Assembly: GCA_016928775.1 (NCBI GenBank)
Contig: JAFGKD010000094.1
Coordinates: 9,504 to 73,503 of the forward strand
From: Candidatus Zhuqueibacterota bacterium
GTDB taxonomy: Bacteria; Zhuqueibacterota; Zhuqueibacteria; Residuimicrobiales; Krinioviventaceae
Length of the DNA stretch: 64,000 nucleotides
Direction: 5' to 3'
In this document: piece by piece, positions 21,301-29,500 of the stretch
How the letters are laid out: each line of letters begins with the position of its first letter
Numbering within the stretch: the stretch's first letter is position 1
Made by a program: the position numbers and the translations under genes
The notes under the pieces: model-generated
The model's input: only the letters and a program-made list of their open reading frames with translations
Database searches by the model: none
Told to the model about the DNA's origin: nothing

Positions 21301-24300
21301 ATGGAGCCTCTCCCCTTTTCCAGCGGGTATGCTCTGGCTGTCCAATCGAGGTAATTTGTCAAACCACGATGCGTGATCATGGTGCCTTTGGGCTTGCCGG
21401 TTGAGCCGGAGGTATAAATCATGTACGCCAGATTTTCCTGATCGATTTGCACATCCGGATCAAAAGTTGCATGCTGGGCAATAGTCTCCCAATCAGCATC
21501 GAGCCGCAAAACAGCCGCATTGTGCTCTGGCAGCCGATGTGCAGCATCTGCGGTTGTGAAAATAATCGGAGCGTTCGAATCGTTCAGCATGTAGGCGATG
21601 CGTTCCGGCGGGTAATTCATATCAATTGGTACATAAGCCGCGCCGGCCTTGAGGACGCCTAACATACCAACAATCATCTCTATCGAGCGCGGAACACAAA
21701 GTCCGACGAGAACATCCGTGCACACGCCCTGCTTGATCAGATAATGTGCCAAGGCATTTGCCCGGGCATTGAGCTCGGTATAGGTCAAAACCTTGCCGGC
21801 GCATTCAATCGCACTATGCTCCGGAAATCGCGCCGCGGTTTCGTTAAAAGTCTCGACAATATTTTTTTCATAGCGCAGCGGTGCGGTCTTGCCATTCCAC
21901 TCTAATAGAATCTGTTTCTGCTCATGCGGCGTGATCATCGGCAGGGTCGAAATTGTTCGTCTTGAGTTAACGACGATCTCATCCAGCAGTTTGCAAAAAT
22001 GGCTAATCATGCGGTGAATCGTTTCAACATCAAACAGGTCGGTGTTGTATTCGAATCCGCCGCTCAACTGATCGCCTTCTTCGACCATAAACAGGGTCAG
22101 ATCAAACTTGGAGGTGCCACTGTGCGCCAGGATCGGGCTGATCTGCAGCCTTGTCTCCGTGACAATCTCCTGATCAGGGGTGTTTTGCAGAGCAAACATC
22201 ACCTGGAAGAGCGGCGAGTGGCTCATATCGCGCTCGACCTTGAGGGCATCGACGATTTTTTCAAACGGTACATCCTGATGGGCAAAAGCGCCGAGGGCGG
22301 TCTTTTTCACGCGTGCCAACAGATCGTCGAAGGTCGGATTATTCGAGAGATCGCCGCGCATCACCAGAGTATTGACGAAAAATCCAATGAGATTTTCCAG
22401 CTCGCCGCGCGTGCGGTTGGCCACCGGCGTGCCGATGTTGATATCATCCTGACCGCTATAACGATACAGCAGCACATAAAAAGCCGACATCAGCGTCATG
22501 AACAGGGTGACACCTTTGGACTGGCTGATCGCATTCAGCGCATGCGTCAATTCTTTTGACAGATCAAAGCTGATAAAGTCACCATTGGGCGTTTGCATGG
22601 CTGGTCGCGGTCGGTCCGTTGGTAAATTGAGAACCGGCGGTGACCCCTGCAAGGTCTCCTTCCAATAGTTGATCTCGTTCTCCAGCACCGCATCTTTCAA
22701 CCAGTGGCGCTGCCAGTAGGCAAAATCCTGATACTGCAACGGCATCGGCGGCAAGATGGAGGCATCGGCGGCATGGTCATACAACAGGGCAATCTCGCCA
22801 ATCATAATCGTGGATGACCAGCCGTCCGAGATGATATGATGCATGGTAAAGAGGAAAATATAATCTTCATAATCCATGTTCAGCAACCGGATGCGGAACA
22901 GCGGCGCTGTGGTCAAATCAAATGGTTGTTGCGCCTCTTCGGTCGTGAGTCGTTTGGCTTTGGCTTCGCGTTCATCCGGCGGCACATTTCTCAGATCAAC
23001 ATGTTGAATATCAATATCAACAGTGTCGGCAATCTTTAATACCGGTTTGCCGCCCTGCTTGTGAAAAGTCGTTCGCAGCACATCGTGACGTTGGACGACC
23101 GCTCGTATACATTTTTCAAGTCGAAAGATATCCAGCGGACCTTTGATGCGAATCGCATCCGGTATATTGTAAAAAGGACTGTTGGGTTCGAGCTGATCGA
23201 GGAACCAGAGTCGTTCCTGGGCAAACGACAGCACCGGCAACGCCTCCTCCGGCATACGGGTGATAGGCGGAATATCAATGGACGCGCCAATGGCGGCCCG
23301 GTCGATCACCTCGGCCAATTCTCGCACCGTCACATACTCAAAAAGGTTGCGCAGCGGCAGCTCGACATCAAATGTGGCGCGCAGTCGCGACATGACCTGG
23401 GTGGCTAACAAGGAATGGCCGCCAAGCTCGAAAAAATTATCCTCGGCACCGACCTTGTCCACGCGCAGCACTTTGGACCAGATGCCGGCTAATTTTTTCT
23501 CGGTATCAGTCGCCGGCTCGACAAAAGTTTGCAACGCTTCATAAGCGGATTGATCCGGCGCCGGCAGCGCTTTGCGATCCACCTTGCCGTTTGGTGTCAG
23601 CGGCAAAGCGCCTAACACTAAAATGGCGGAGGGAATCATATAGTCCGGTACATGGTCTTTTAAAAAGGCGCGCAGTGTCGAGCTATCCGGTGCCGCATTG
23701 CCGCGGGCGGTGACATAACCCACCAGACGTTGATCACCAGGGATGTCCTCCCGTGCTATAACGACCGCGTTTTTAATGCTCGGATGTTTTTCCAGCATGG
23801 TCTCGATTTCACCCAACTCGACGCGAAAGCCGCGAATTTTGATTTGAAAATCGATGCGTCCAAGAAACTCGATGTTGCCATCCGCCAACCATCGCGCCAA
23901 ATCACCAGTACGATACAAACGTTCGCCGGTCGTGTTGCTGAATGGATTGGGGACGAACTTTTCCGCCGTCAGGTCCGCTCTTTTGAAATAGCCGCGTGCC
24001 AGGTTTGGCCCGGCGACCAACAGCTCGCCGGGAACACCAATGGGCGATAAATTAAAATGTGGATCAACGATATAGATTTTGCTGTTGGGGAATGGTCGAC
24101 CAATGGGCACGAGACGTTCTTCAGCATAACTGGATACATCACCCTCAAAAAAGGTGCTGTCAACAGCTGCTTCGGTCAAGCCAAATGAATTGATGAGGCG
24201 TGTTTTTGGGCCGCAAAATTTGAGAAATTTGGCATATTCCTTGACCGTCCAAACATCCGATCCGGCAATCAGGTTCTTCATAAAATCCAGTTTTTGCCCG

Positions 24301-26522
24301 GTTTCCTCGAGGTAGCCGATCAAATTGCGCAAAACGGCCGGGACAAACTCGGCGCAATTGATATGTTCGCGGCGCATGAGCGCATAGAGTTTTTCAGCCT
24401 CGAGCAGGCTCTCTCGCGGCACCAGCACCAACTTGCCGCCCGACAGCAGCGCTCGAACAAAATCGCCGCCAAAAACATCAAAAGAAAAGCTGGCCATTTG
24501 TAAATGGCTGTCCACGCCGTCACGCAGACGATAATCATGTTCCCAGGCAAGATAAGCGTTGACGATACTTTTATGCGCGACCATGGTGCCTTTGGCTTTG
24601 CCAGTGGAACCGGAGGTATAAATCATGTAGGCAAGATTATCCGCCACTGTCCCACTCGCAGGATTGTCGTGGCTTTGACCGTCAATTTTGGGCCAATCGG
24701 CGTCTAACAACACGACGTTAAAATGACCTTCAGGGAGAAGCGCGGCATAATTTTTTGTTGTCACAACAACAGCAGCTTCGGAATCTTCCAGCATAAAAGC
24801 GATACGGTCTTCCGGATAGCCGGGATCAACCGGCACATAGGCTCCACCGGCTTTCAAAACACCGAGCACAGCCACCGGCAAATTGATGCTTTTATCCAGA
24901 CAAAGACTCACCTTGACATCCGGTCCCACGCCTTTTGCCATCAAATAGTGCGCCAGCTTATTGGCGCGAACATTCAATTCCTTGTAGGTCAAATATTCTT
25001 TCGCGAAAACGACAGCGATCGCATCGGGAGTCTTTTGCACCTGTGCTTCAAACAAGAAGTGCAGACAGGTTGCATAGTCATAGCCTTTATCAAAATTATT
25101 CCACGTCAACACCAGTTGTTGTTTTTCTAGCTGCGGTAAAAAGTCTAATTGCGACAATCGAGCATCGGGAAAAGTCGCGACAGCACCGAGCAGGTTTACG
25201 TAATGCTGCAGGAGCCGCTGCATGGTAGCATCGTCATAAATATCGGTGTTGTATTCGGCGGTGATGCTGAAGGATTTTGCCCCCTCGTTGACCATCAGGG
25301 TCACATCATAGGTCGAAGTCCCGGCATCGACGTCTAATTGCTGAATCGTCACATCCGAAAAAGTGAGGTCAGGGGTCATCGGGGTGTTTTGCAGGATGAA
25401 CATGACCTGAAACAGCGGTGAATGCGCCATATCGCGTTGGGGCTGCAGGATTTCGACGAGCCGTTCAAACGGAATATCCTGATTATCGTAAGCCTGCATG
25501 GTCGTCTGTTTGAGGGCCGCTAACAGCTCGGAAAATTTCGGATCATCGGCCAGGTTAGAGCGCAAAACCAGCGTATTGACAAAAAAACCGATGAGCGGTT
25601 CGATTTCGGCGCGATTTCGATTGGCAATCGGCGAGCCAACGATGATGTCATCCAAACCGGTGTAGCGATGCAGAAGCACTTTGAAAGCCGCCAAAAGACT
25701 CATATAGAGCGTGACACCGGCTCGTCGCGACATTTCTTTGAAGGCATGCGTGATCTCCTCGGGGACGAGAATTTCTGCGTTCGCCCCGACCATTGTCTGC
25801 ACCGTGGGACGCGGACGATCGCCGGGCAATTCCAGAATCGGCAGACTGCCGCCAAGCTGCTTTTTCCAATAGCGCTGTTGTTTTTCCAGCACCTCGCCGG
25901 CAATATAGTGCTGTTGCCACTCGGCAAAATCGCCGTACTGAATCGGCAAAGCCGGTAGCGGGGATTCCTGCCCCGCAGAAAAGGCGGCATAGAGTGTGGT
26001 AATTTCGGAGACAAAAACGCCCATCGACCAGCCATCCGAGATGATGTGGTGCATGGTGATCAAAATGACGTGATCGTGCTCCGCCGCTTTGATGAACGTC
26101 ACTCGAAGCAGCGGCCCTTTGCGCAGATTAAACGGTGTTGCGGCCTCCCGTCGCGCGAGATTGAGGATGCGCGCTTCCTGTTGCCCGGCGGGCACATCGG
26201 TGATGTCGATAACCGGAAACTCGCGTGGTTTGTAGGGATGGATAATTTGTGAGGCTTCATCCTGCACGGTCTCAAAAGTTGTGCGCAGCGTTTCATGTCG
26301 CTCGATCACTTTGTTGATTGCGCGCACCAGTACAGCCTTTTGCAGGTTACCCTTGAAGCGGACGCCGGTGGGGATATTATAAAACGGGCTGTCCGGCTCA
26401 AATTGATCGAGAAACCACAAGCGCTGCTGCGCAAAGGACATGGGCAGGACGTAAACGTCCTCTTCAACCTGTGGAAGTTCAATATTATTTATATCAACAT
26501 TGTTACTATAGTCGTCAGGCAT
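12369..26522 (-). CDS. NRPS F (4717 aa): four C-A-T modules followed by a terminal epimerization domain (C-A-T-C-A-T-C-A-T-C-A-T-E)
   Basis: Four HHIISDGWS condensation motifs. A3 core motifs (LAYMIYTSGSTGxxKG / VAYVIYTSGSTGTPKG) were found in the DNA near 24615, 21405, 18210 and 15040, about 3.2 kb apart. Each module has YRTGDL/YKTGDL, GRxDxQVKxRGxRxELGEIE, LPxYMxP and NGKxDR motifs. T domains are FFELGGHSLLATQ (x3) and FFELGGDSILSIQ (last, E-type partner). The terminal E domain has LTPIQHWFFE, LHHLITDGVSW (about 13262..13315) and MEGHGRE. No TE or R domain. The module 4 A domain begins its specificity code AFDFSVWELW (D-F-W). Confidence 0.9.
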   Translation of the reverse strand: MPDDYSNNVDINNIELPQVEEDVYVLPMSFAQQRLWFLDQFEPDSPFYNIPTGVRFKGNLQKAVLVRAINKVIERHETLRTTFETVQDEASQIIHPYKPREFPVIDITDVPAGQQEARILNLARREAATPFNLRKGPLLRVTFIKAAEHDHVILITMHHIISDGWSMGVFVSEITTLYAAFSAGQESPLPALPIQYGDFAEWQQHYIAGEVLEKQQRYWKKQLGGSLPILELPGDRPRPTVQTMVGANAEILVPEEITHAFKEMSRRAGVTLYMSLLAAFKVLLHRYTGLDDIIVGSPIANRNRAEIEPLIGFFVNTLVLRSNLADDPKFSELLAALKQTTMQAYDNQDIPFERLVEILQPQRDMAHSPLFQVMFILQNTPMTPDLTFSDVTIQQLDVDAGTSTYDVTLMVNEGAKSFSITAEYNTDIYDDATMQRLLQHYVNLLGAVATFPDARLSQLDFLPQLEKQQLVLTWNNFDKGYDYATCLHFLFEAQVQKTPDAIAVVFAKEYLTYKELNVRANKLAHYLMAKGVGPDVKVSLCLDKSINLPVAVLGVLKAGGAYVPVDPGYPEDRIAFMLEDSEAAVVVTTKNYAALLPEGHFNVVLLDADWPKIDGQSHDNPASGTVADNLAYMIYTSGSTGKAKGTMVAHKSIVNAYLAWEHDYRLRDGVDSHLQMASFSFDVFGGDFVRALLSGGKLVLVPRESLLEAEKLYALMRREHINCAEFVPAVLRNLIGYLEETGQKLDFMKNLIAGSDVWTVKEYAKFLKFCGPKTRLINSFGLTEAAVDSTFFEGDVSSYAEERLVPIGRPFPNSKIYIVDPHFNLSPIGVPGELLVAGPNLARGYFKRADLTAEKFVPNPFSNTTGERLYRTGDLARWLADGNIEFLGRIDFQIKIRGFRVELGEIETMLEKHPSIKNAVVIAREDIPGDQRLVGYVTARGNAAPDSSTLRAFLKDHVPDYMIPSAILVLGALPLTPNGKVDRKALPAPDQSAYEALQTFVEPATDTEKKLAGIWSKVLRVDKVGAEDNFFELGGHSLLATQVMSRLRATFDVELPLRNLFEYVTVRELAEVIDRAAIGASIDIPPITRMPEEALPVLSFAQERLWFLDQLEPNSPFYNIPDAIRIKGPLDIFRLEKCIRAVVQRHDVLRTTFHKQGGKPVLKIADTVDIDIQHVDLRNVPPDEREAKAKRLTTEEAQQPFDLTTAPLFRIRLLNMDYEDYIFLFTMHHIISDGWSSTIMIGEIALLYDHAADASILPPMPLQYQDFAYWQRHWLKDAVLENEINYWKETLQGSPPVLNLPTDRPRPAMQTPNGDFISFDLSKELTHALNAISQSKGVTLFMTLMSAFYVLLYRYSGQDDINIGTPVANRTRGELENLIGFFVNTLVMRGDLSNNPTFDDLLARVKKTALGAFAHQDVPFEKIVDALKVERDMSHSPLFQVMFALQNTPDQEIVTETRLQISPILAHSGTSKFDLTLFMVEEGDQLSGGFEYNTDLFDVETIHRMISHFCKLLDEIVVNSRRTISTLPMITPHEQKQILLEWNGKTAPLRYEKNIVETFNETAARFPEHSAIECAGKVLTYTELNARANALAHYLIKQGVCTDVLVGLCVPRSIEMIVGMLGVLKAGAAYVPIDMNYPPERIAYMLNDSNAPIIFTTADAAHRLPEHNAAVLRLDADWETIAQHATFDPDVQIDQENLAYMIYTSGSTGKPKGTMITHRGLTNYLDWTARAYPLEKGRGSIVHSTIAFDATVTAVFTPFLNGKTAVLLPDDADLEALSRALRHYKDFNIVKITPAHLELLGRQVPAEEAAGLTHSFIIGGENLTAEQISFWQKNAPNTLLFNEYGPTETVVGCVVYEASGWRGIGSVPIGRAITNSVVYVLNDTLEPVAAGVAGELYIGGEGVARGYLNRPDLTAERFIPNLFGKKPGERLYKTGDLVRYLNDGLLIFLGRMDSQVKIRGYRIELGEIDAVLQQHPAIDSALSLVREDSPGDKRLVSYYTVVAGQSIEHDALFELLRQQLPEYMRPVALVQLDAFPLTSSGKVDRRALPRPEYENLQSTTEFVAPRNAQEELLADIWLELLHVDRIGVLDNFFELGGHSLLATQLMSRIRDVFAVELPLRSLFETPTIVGLVRHIDSARQQQDGRMAPPLQPVPRHGDLPLSFAQQRLWFLDQLAPENANYNIPIAIKISGELDIDAIERSITEIVRRHEALRTIFIEERGTPKQRILQPQPVELPIYDLSKKSEQERDLEMSRLVTDNAMRPFKLDEGALYRGGLIRLSQEEHVLMFTMHHIISDGWSTNVLMQEFGILYQAYRANRPPQLPELAIQYADYAAWQREWLTEAVLEKQINFWQDQIGVNPPVLDLPTDYPRPGIQTFNGDAVSIKIPRAIVDGLRDLSQKHDATMFMTLLAAFQSLLYRYTHQEEILVGSPIANRNYSETEALIGFFVNTLVLRAELSNRMTFEELLTQVRDYTLDAYAHQDVPFEQLVDRLERERDMSRSPLFQVMFVLQNTPRGSIGFEQSSLAMEVVEADERAAKFDITLVMAESSDGYYAEFEYNTDLFKKESIQRMADHFVLLLQQMVKSPHAQISELELVTEAEKTAIIQSWNATDVSFPRDKCIHELFEERIARTPDAPALYFEGELLTFAELNQRVNTLAHYLRALGVGPEKLVGISVEKSIEQVVGLLGVLKAGGVYVPIDPGYPQDRIDYIMADANITVLLTQDFLAGQFDRPELHIIRLDAEWAKIADESAENPDNLTNADHLAYMIYTSGSTGQPKGTMLQHRGLVNLTLEQIKDFQLDETCRCLQFASFSFDASVSEIFTTLVSGATLYLAPKDKVLPGADLQHYLQEHKITTITLPPTALSVMSPDGLEHLRTLVSAGEACSRDIAAKWSGGRRFLNAYGPTENTVCASSYPVTELANAPTMPIGKPIGNVRLYILDDLMQLVPPGVPGELCIAGLGLARGYHNRPDLTAERFSPNPFGRAGERLYRTGDLVRYLADGNIEFLGRIDHQVKLRGFRIELGEIEQVLIRHEKIKQAVVLVREIVGRRGDQKLVAYIVAEDQEHPNDQQLREWCSESLPDYMVPHIVFRLATIPLTPNGKVDRRALPLPTSEHLQADVEMVTPRNDIERKLTAAWMDVLHLDNISVYANFFDIGGHSLLATQLISRVREQFSLQVPIAMIFESPTIAQMALSLQHFDPRLNAMMAPPIEPVAREANLPLSFAQQRLWFLDQLEPGSPMYNLPAAVRLVGQFDLDAFRKSLEAVAYRHESLRTTFITQDGKPQQVISDNISFKLHIVDWREKSEDELEKDVPEFLYREFTTPFDLQTGPLVRLHLIKQNVTTSVFVLNMHHIISDGWSMGIFIAEVAAYYEAFRQGQAPELPDLKIQYPDYAYWQRQWLKDEVLEFHLNYWKQQLAGAAGVLNLPTDRPRPAFQTFNGDTIGFEIDRELLTRLNELSRKHNATLFMTLLAAFNVLLQRYSGQDDIIVGTPIANRNTKETEALIGFFVNTLVLRSEITNSMTFVDVLNQVRQVALDAYAHQDVPFEMIVDAVQPERNMSHTPLFQVMFVLQNIPSQRYDMPDLRIEPLEAESHLAKFDLTLTLMETDQGLTGSFEYNTDLFEAGTIERMITHLQNVLRGVTESSQLPIYQIPLVQSDERQKMLAICNDVSHDFHDARCIHQIVEEQVAINAHAVAVSLKDSQLTYGELNRKANKLAHFLRRQGVAQDDLVGLCLERSLEMVIGILGILKAGAGYVPIDPMYPADRKDFILMDSGMKLLLTQEAIAQELSGVETRQVCLDSDWALIEYETSENTNVTVSPQNVAYVIYTSGSTGTPKGVMVCHENVTRLFHATENWYHFDERDIWTLFHSFAFDFSVWELWGALFYGGQVVIVPYMVSRSPENFYKLLAEKGVTVLNQTPSAFRQLIQQEELDGMAPELKLRYVIFGGDKLELGSLKPWFEEHGYVKPQLINMYGITETTVHVTYRPLAQLDIESAPGSMIGGPIPDLQIYILDQNYEPLPIGVPGELYVGGAGLARGYLRRPELTAGKFIPNPFADQPGARLYKTGDLARVTANGDIEYLGRIDHQVQLRGFRVELGEIESVLNTHPEVKEALVLLREDKPGDQKLAAYYVIPDESVSVTVNELRTVLKEKLPDYMVPAHFVRLTAFPLTAHGKIDRRVLPLPESIRPEFEHEFAEPETDDERILADIWKQVLHTEQVGRYDNFFELGGDSILSIQVISRANQAGLKISPRHMFQAGNLAELADLAQAVDPTSVEQEKAVGPAPLTPIQHWFFEHHTLAPQQFNTSLMVALAYDLDLDILQHALTIMTQHHDCFRLRFEQQESEWRQEFVESIDNLPFEMVDVTDSRSWEVKKLIEEKAAAVQKTFDLGTAPLLKVIYFRMKKHSRLLLVLHHLITDGVSWRFILEDLLNIYGQLSENQPIQLPPRTTNYKVWANRLVHYAQSEAAAKQIHFWQENQARFAPYSLPRDFDSHENTYGSAEQLTLSLSSEVTNKVLQDIPKKLGTNINDVLLTALLRALTPWTGQNYLAVEMEGHGREPLFEDVDLSRTVGWFTSIFYLNLELVGTDLREQILAIHDQLAAVPDRGVGYGILKYLKNDASTAFLQTNHAQVNFNYLGQFDQFDTKVALPFQMAPERIRDEQFSTESKGALLHIVASVSGRELHVRWLYSAHLYKERTIRRLAKTFNSELEDVVSSLAG
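12400..13715 (-). other. Epimerization domain of NRPS F (approximate bounds); no downstream partner in the window
   Basis: T domain FFELGGDSILSIQ at about 13787..13865. HH motif LHHLITDGVSW at about 13262..13315. MEGHGRE is present. The protein ends ...LEDVVSSLAG at 12369. Confidence 0.75.
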
Positions 26523-26567
26523 TTATATCACCGTAATAATTCTCAACAAAGCTTAAAAGCAACCCGA

Positions 26568-29500
26568 TCAATCTGTTTGGATATCGGCCAATTTGCGACG
26601 TCGGCTCTCGCGAGAGACAGCGGTGATCGCCGGTATGTCCTCTTTGGGCGCTGTTAGTTTGGCGTGTTCGACGGCCTCGGCCAATCCGGCTACGGTAGGT
26701 TGTTCAAACAACACGCGTAGCGGCAACTCGACATGAAATTGCGTGCGCATCCGCGACATAAATTGGGTCGCTAATAAAGAGTGGCCGCCGAGATCAAAAA
26801 AGTTGTCGTTCACACCAACCTTATCGACGCGCAGCAGCTCCTGGCAAATTTCGACGAGCTTTTCTTCCGTCTCATTTCTCGGCGCGACATATTCCACCTG
26901 CAAATCAGGACGTGACAAGTCGGGCGCCGGTAGAGCTTTGCGATCAATTTTGCCGCTCGGCGTCAATGGCATTTCATCTAAATAAACAAAAGTTGCCGGC
27001 ACCATATAATCGGGCAGTCGATTTTTCATATATAGTCGAAGATCATCCACTGTCGGCTTTTCGGTTGTTTCAAAAACACAATAGGCAACCAGTCTCGTAT
27101 CGTCCTGACGTATTTCTTTGGCCAACACAATGACATTTTGCACGGACGGGTGCTCCGAGAGAACCGCTTCAATTTCACCAAGCTCAATGCGGAATCCACG
27201 CACTTTGACCTGATGATCGATGCGACCTAAAAATTCAATATTGCCGTCGGGCAGATAACGAACCAAATCACCGGTGCGATAAAGACGCGAGCCGCCGACC
27301 GGATCAAAAGGATTGGGAATAAATTTTTCCGCGCTCAAGTCGGGCCTGTTCAAATAACCGCGCGCCAGACTCGGTCCACCAACGCACAATTCGCCGGCGA
27401 CACCAATAGGTGTCGGATTAAAGTGTGCATCCAGGATATACAGCTTGGCATTGTCGATCGGGCGACCAATGGGTGGTCCCTGCGGAAAACGGCCATCGCA
27501 CAAAAACATGGAGGCGCAAACGGTCGTTTCCGTCGGTCCGTAGGCGTTAAAATAGTGCCGACCGTGTCGCCAGCGTTCGACCAGTTCCGCCGGACACTTT
27601 TCACCAGCGGTGATGATGGTATGCAGGTCCGGCAAATCGGTCTTTGGCACCACGGCCAGTACCGAAGGCGGCAGTGTGACCGTGGTGATTTTTTGATCGC
27701 GCAAGACGGTGAGCAAACCATCACCCGTGGTCAAATTTTCCTGGTCGGTAAATACCAGGGCAGCGCCATTCAACAACGCCATCACCGTCTCCCACACAGA
27801 CGCATCAAAACTCATCGGCGCAAATTGTAGAATACGTTTGTCGGGATGAATGTTGAATGCCGTCTTTTGTGCCTGTGCCAGATTAATCGCTCCCTGGTGC
27901 TGCAGCATCGTGCCTTTGGGTTTACCGGTCGAGCCGGAAGTGTAAATGACGTATGCCAGATTGGACGACAGTATATTCAAATCTAAATTAGTCTCTGCAA
28001 AAGCCGCACACTGCTCCCAGTCCGTATCGAGACAAAAGACCGTAGCGCCATGCTGCGGCAAATGTTTTTTGATCTCACTTTGAGAGAGCAATATCGAAAT
28101 CCCGGAATCCTCCAGCATATAGGCGATACGGTCTTCCGGATAGGTCGGATCAATGGGCACAAAAGCGGCGCCCGCTTTGAGAACGCCAAGCACGGCGACA
28201 GCCTGATCCAGAGACCGTTGCAGGGAGATGCCGACGAGTTGATCCGGCTCGATGCCCTGGCCGCGCAAATGCCGAGCCAACTGATTGGCGCGAGCATTCA
28301 GCTCCGAGTAGGTCAGCTGCTGCTCATTATATATGGCGGCCACAGCATCCGGATGAGTGAGCACGTGCGCTTCAAACACCTCGTGCGCACATTTGTCCGT
28401 TGGGAACTCGATATCATTGGCATTCCATTCGTGGAGCAGACGATATTCTTCATTCTCGGGAATGATTTTTATATCATCAACGCGCTGATCCGGCTCCATC
28501 AGCATATTCTGCAACAACAATTCGATATGCTGCAACATTCGCTCGATGGTTTCCGGCTTGAACAAATCGGTATTATATTCAAATTCGAGCGAAATGCCGT
28601 CCGGCGATTCGGCAGCCTGCAGGGAGAGATCAAACTTTGCCGTTTTGTTTTCGCTATCCACAGGTGCCATGCTCAATCCGGGCAATTCGAGGCCGCTCAT
28701 CGGCGTATTTTGCATGACAAATACGACCTGAAACAGCGGACTATGACTCAGATCCCGTTCCGGCTGCAGACGTTCGACCAACATCTCAAAGGGGATATCC
28801 TGGTGCGCATAGCCTTCCAGCGCTGTTCGACGCACCTGCTGCAACAGTTCCAGAAACGTTGGACGCTCATCAAATCGACAGCGCAAAACGAGATTGTTGA
28901 CAAAAAAGCCGATGAGTCCCTCTGTTTCGCTTCGATTGCGGTTGGCGATAGGTGTACCGATATTAAAATCATCTTGATTGGAATAACGATAAAGCAGCGT
29001 TGCAAAAGCAGCAAAAAGCGTCATAAAGAGCGTCACGCCCTCCTGGCGACTGAAAGCAATTGTCGCCCGTGAGAGCTCCGGTGACAAGACTCGGCCCAAT
29101 GTGTCGCCGTGAAAAGACTGCACACGAGGACGCGGGAAATCGGTAGGCAATTCCAGCATACCCGGATTGCCGGCTAATTTTTCTTGCCAGTAGTTGAGTT
29201 GTTTTTCGAGGTTTTCACCCTGCAGGGTGCGGCGCTGCCACTCGGCAAAATCAACATATTGCACCGGCAGGGGCGGCAATTGTGGCGTTTCATCAGTGAC
29301 AAACGCGCGATACAGTTCAGCAATCTCCTGTACCAAAATGCTGATAGACCAACCGTCGCTGATGATGTGGTGCATGGTAAAAAAGATAACGTGATCATCC
29401 GGCGCCACGCGTAAAAGGCGCGCGCGAAACAGCGGCGCTTCTGTGAGATTAAACGGCGTTTGCGTCTCCACAGCCGCCTGCTCGGCGATTAATTTCTCCT

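Noticed and set aside
28050-29072. 340-aa + strand ORF, and similar long + ORFs (13881..14705, 41131..42060, 16278..16970, 34892..35497, 61047..61739), lying antisense to NRPS/PKS genes
   Set aside because: All sit inside minus-strand genes whose translations carry unmistakable C/A/T/KS motifs along their whole length. The antisense translations are low-complexity and Arg/His/Gln-rich (RHHR, QRQR runs) with no recognisable motifs. This is typical of stop-codon-poor antisense frames of GC-balanced coding DNA.
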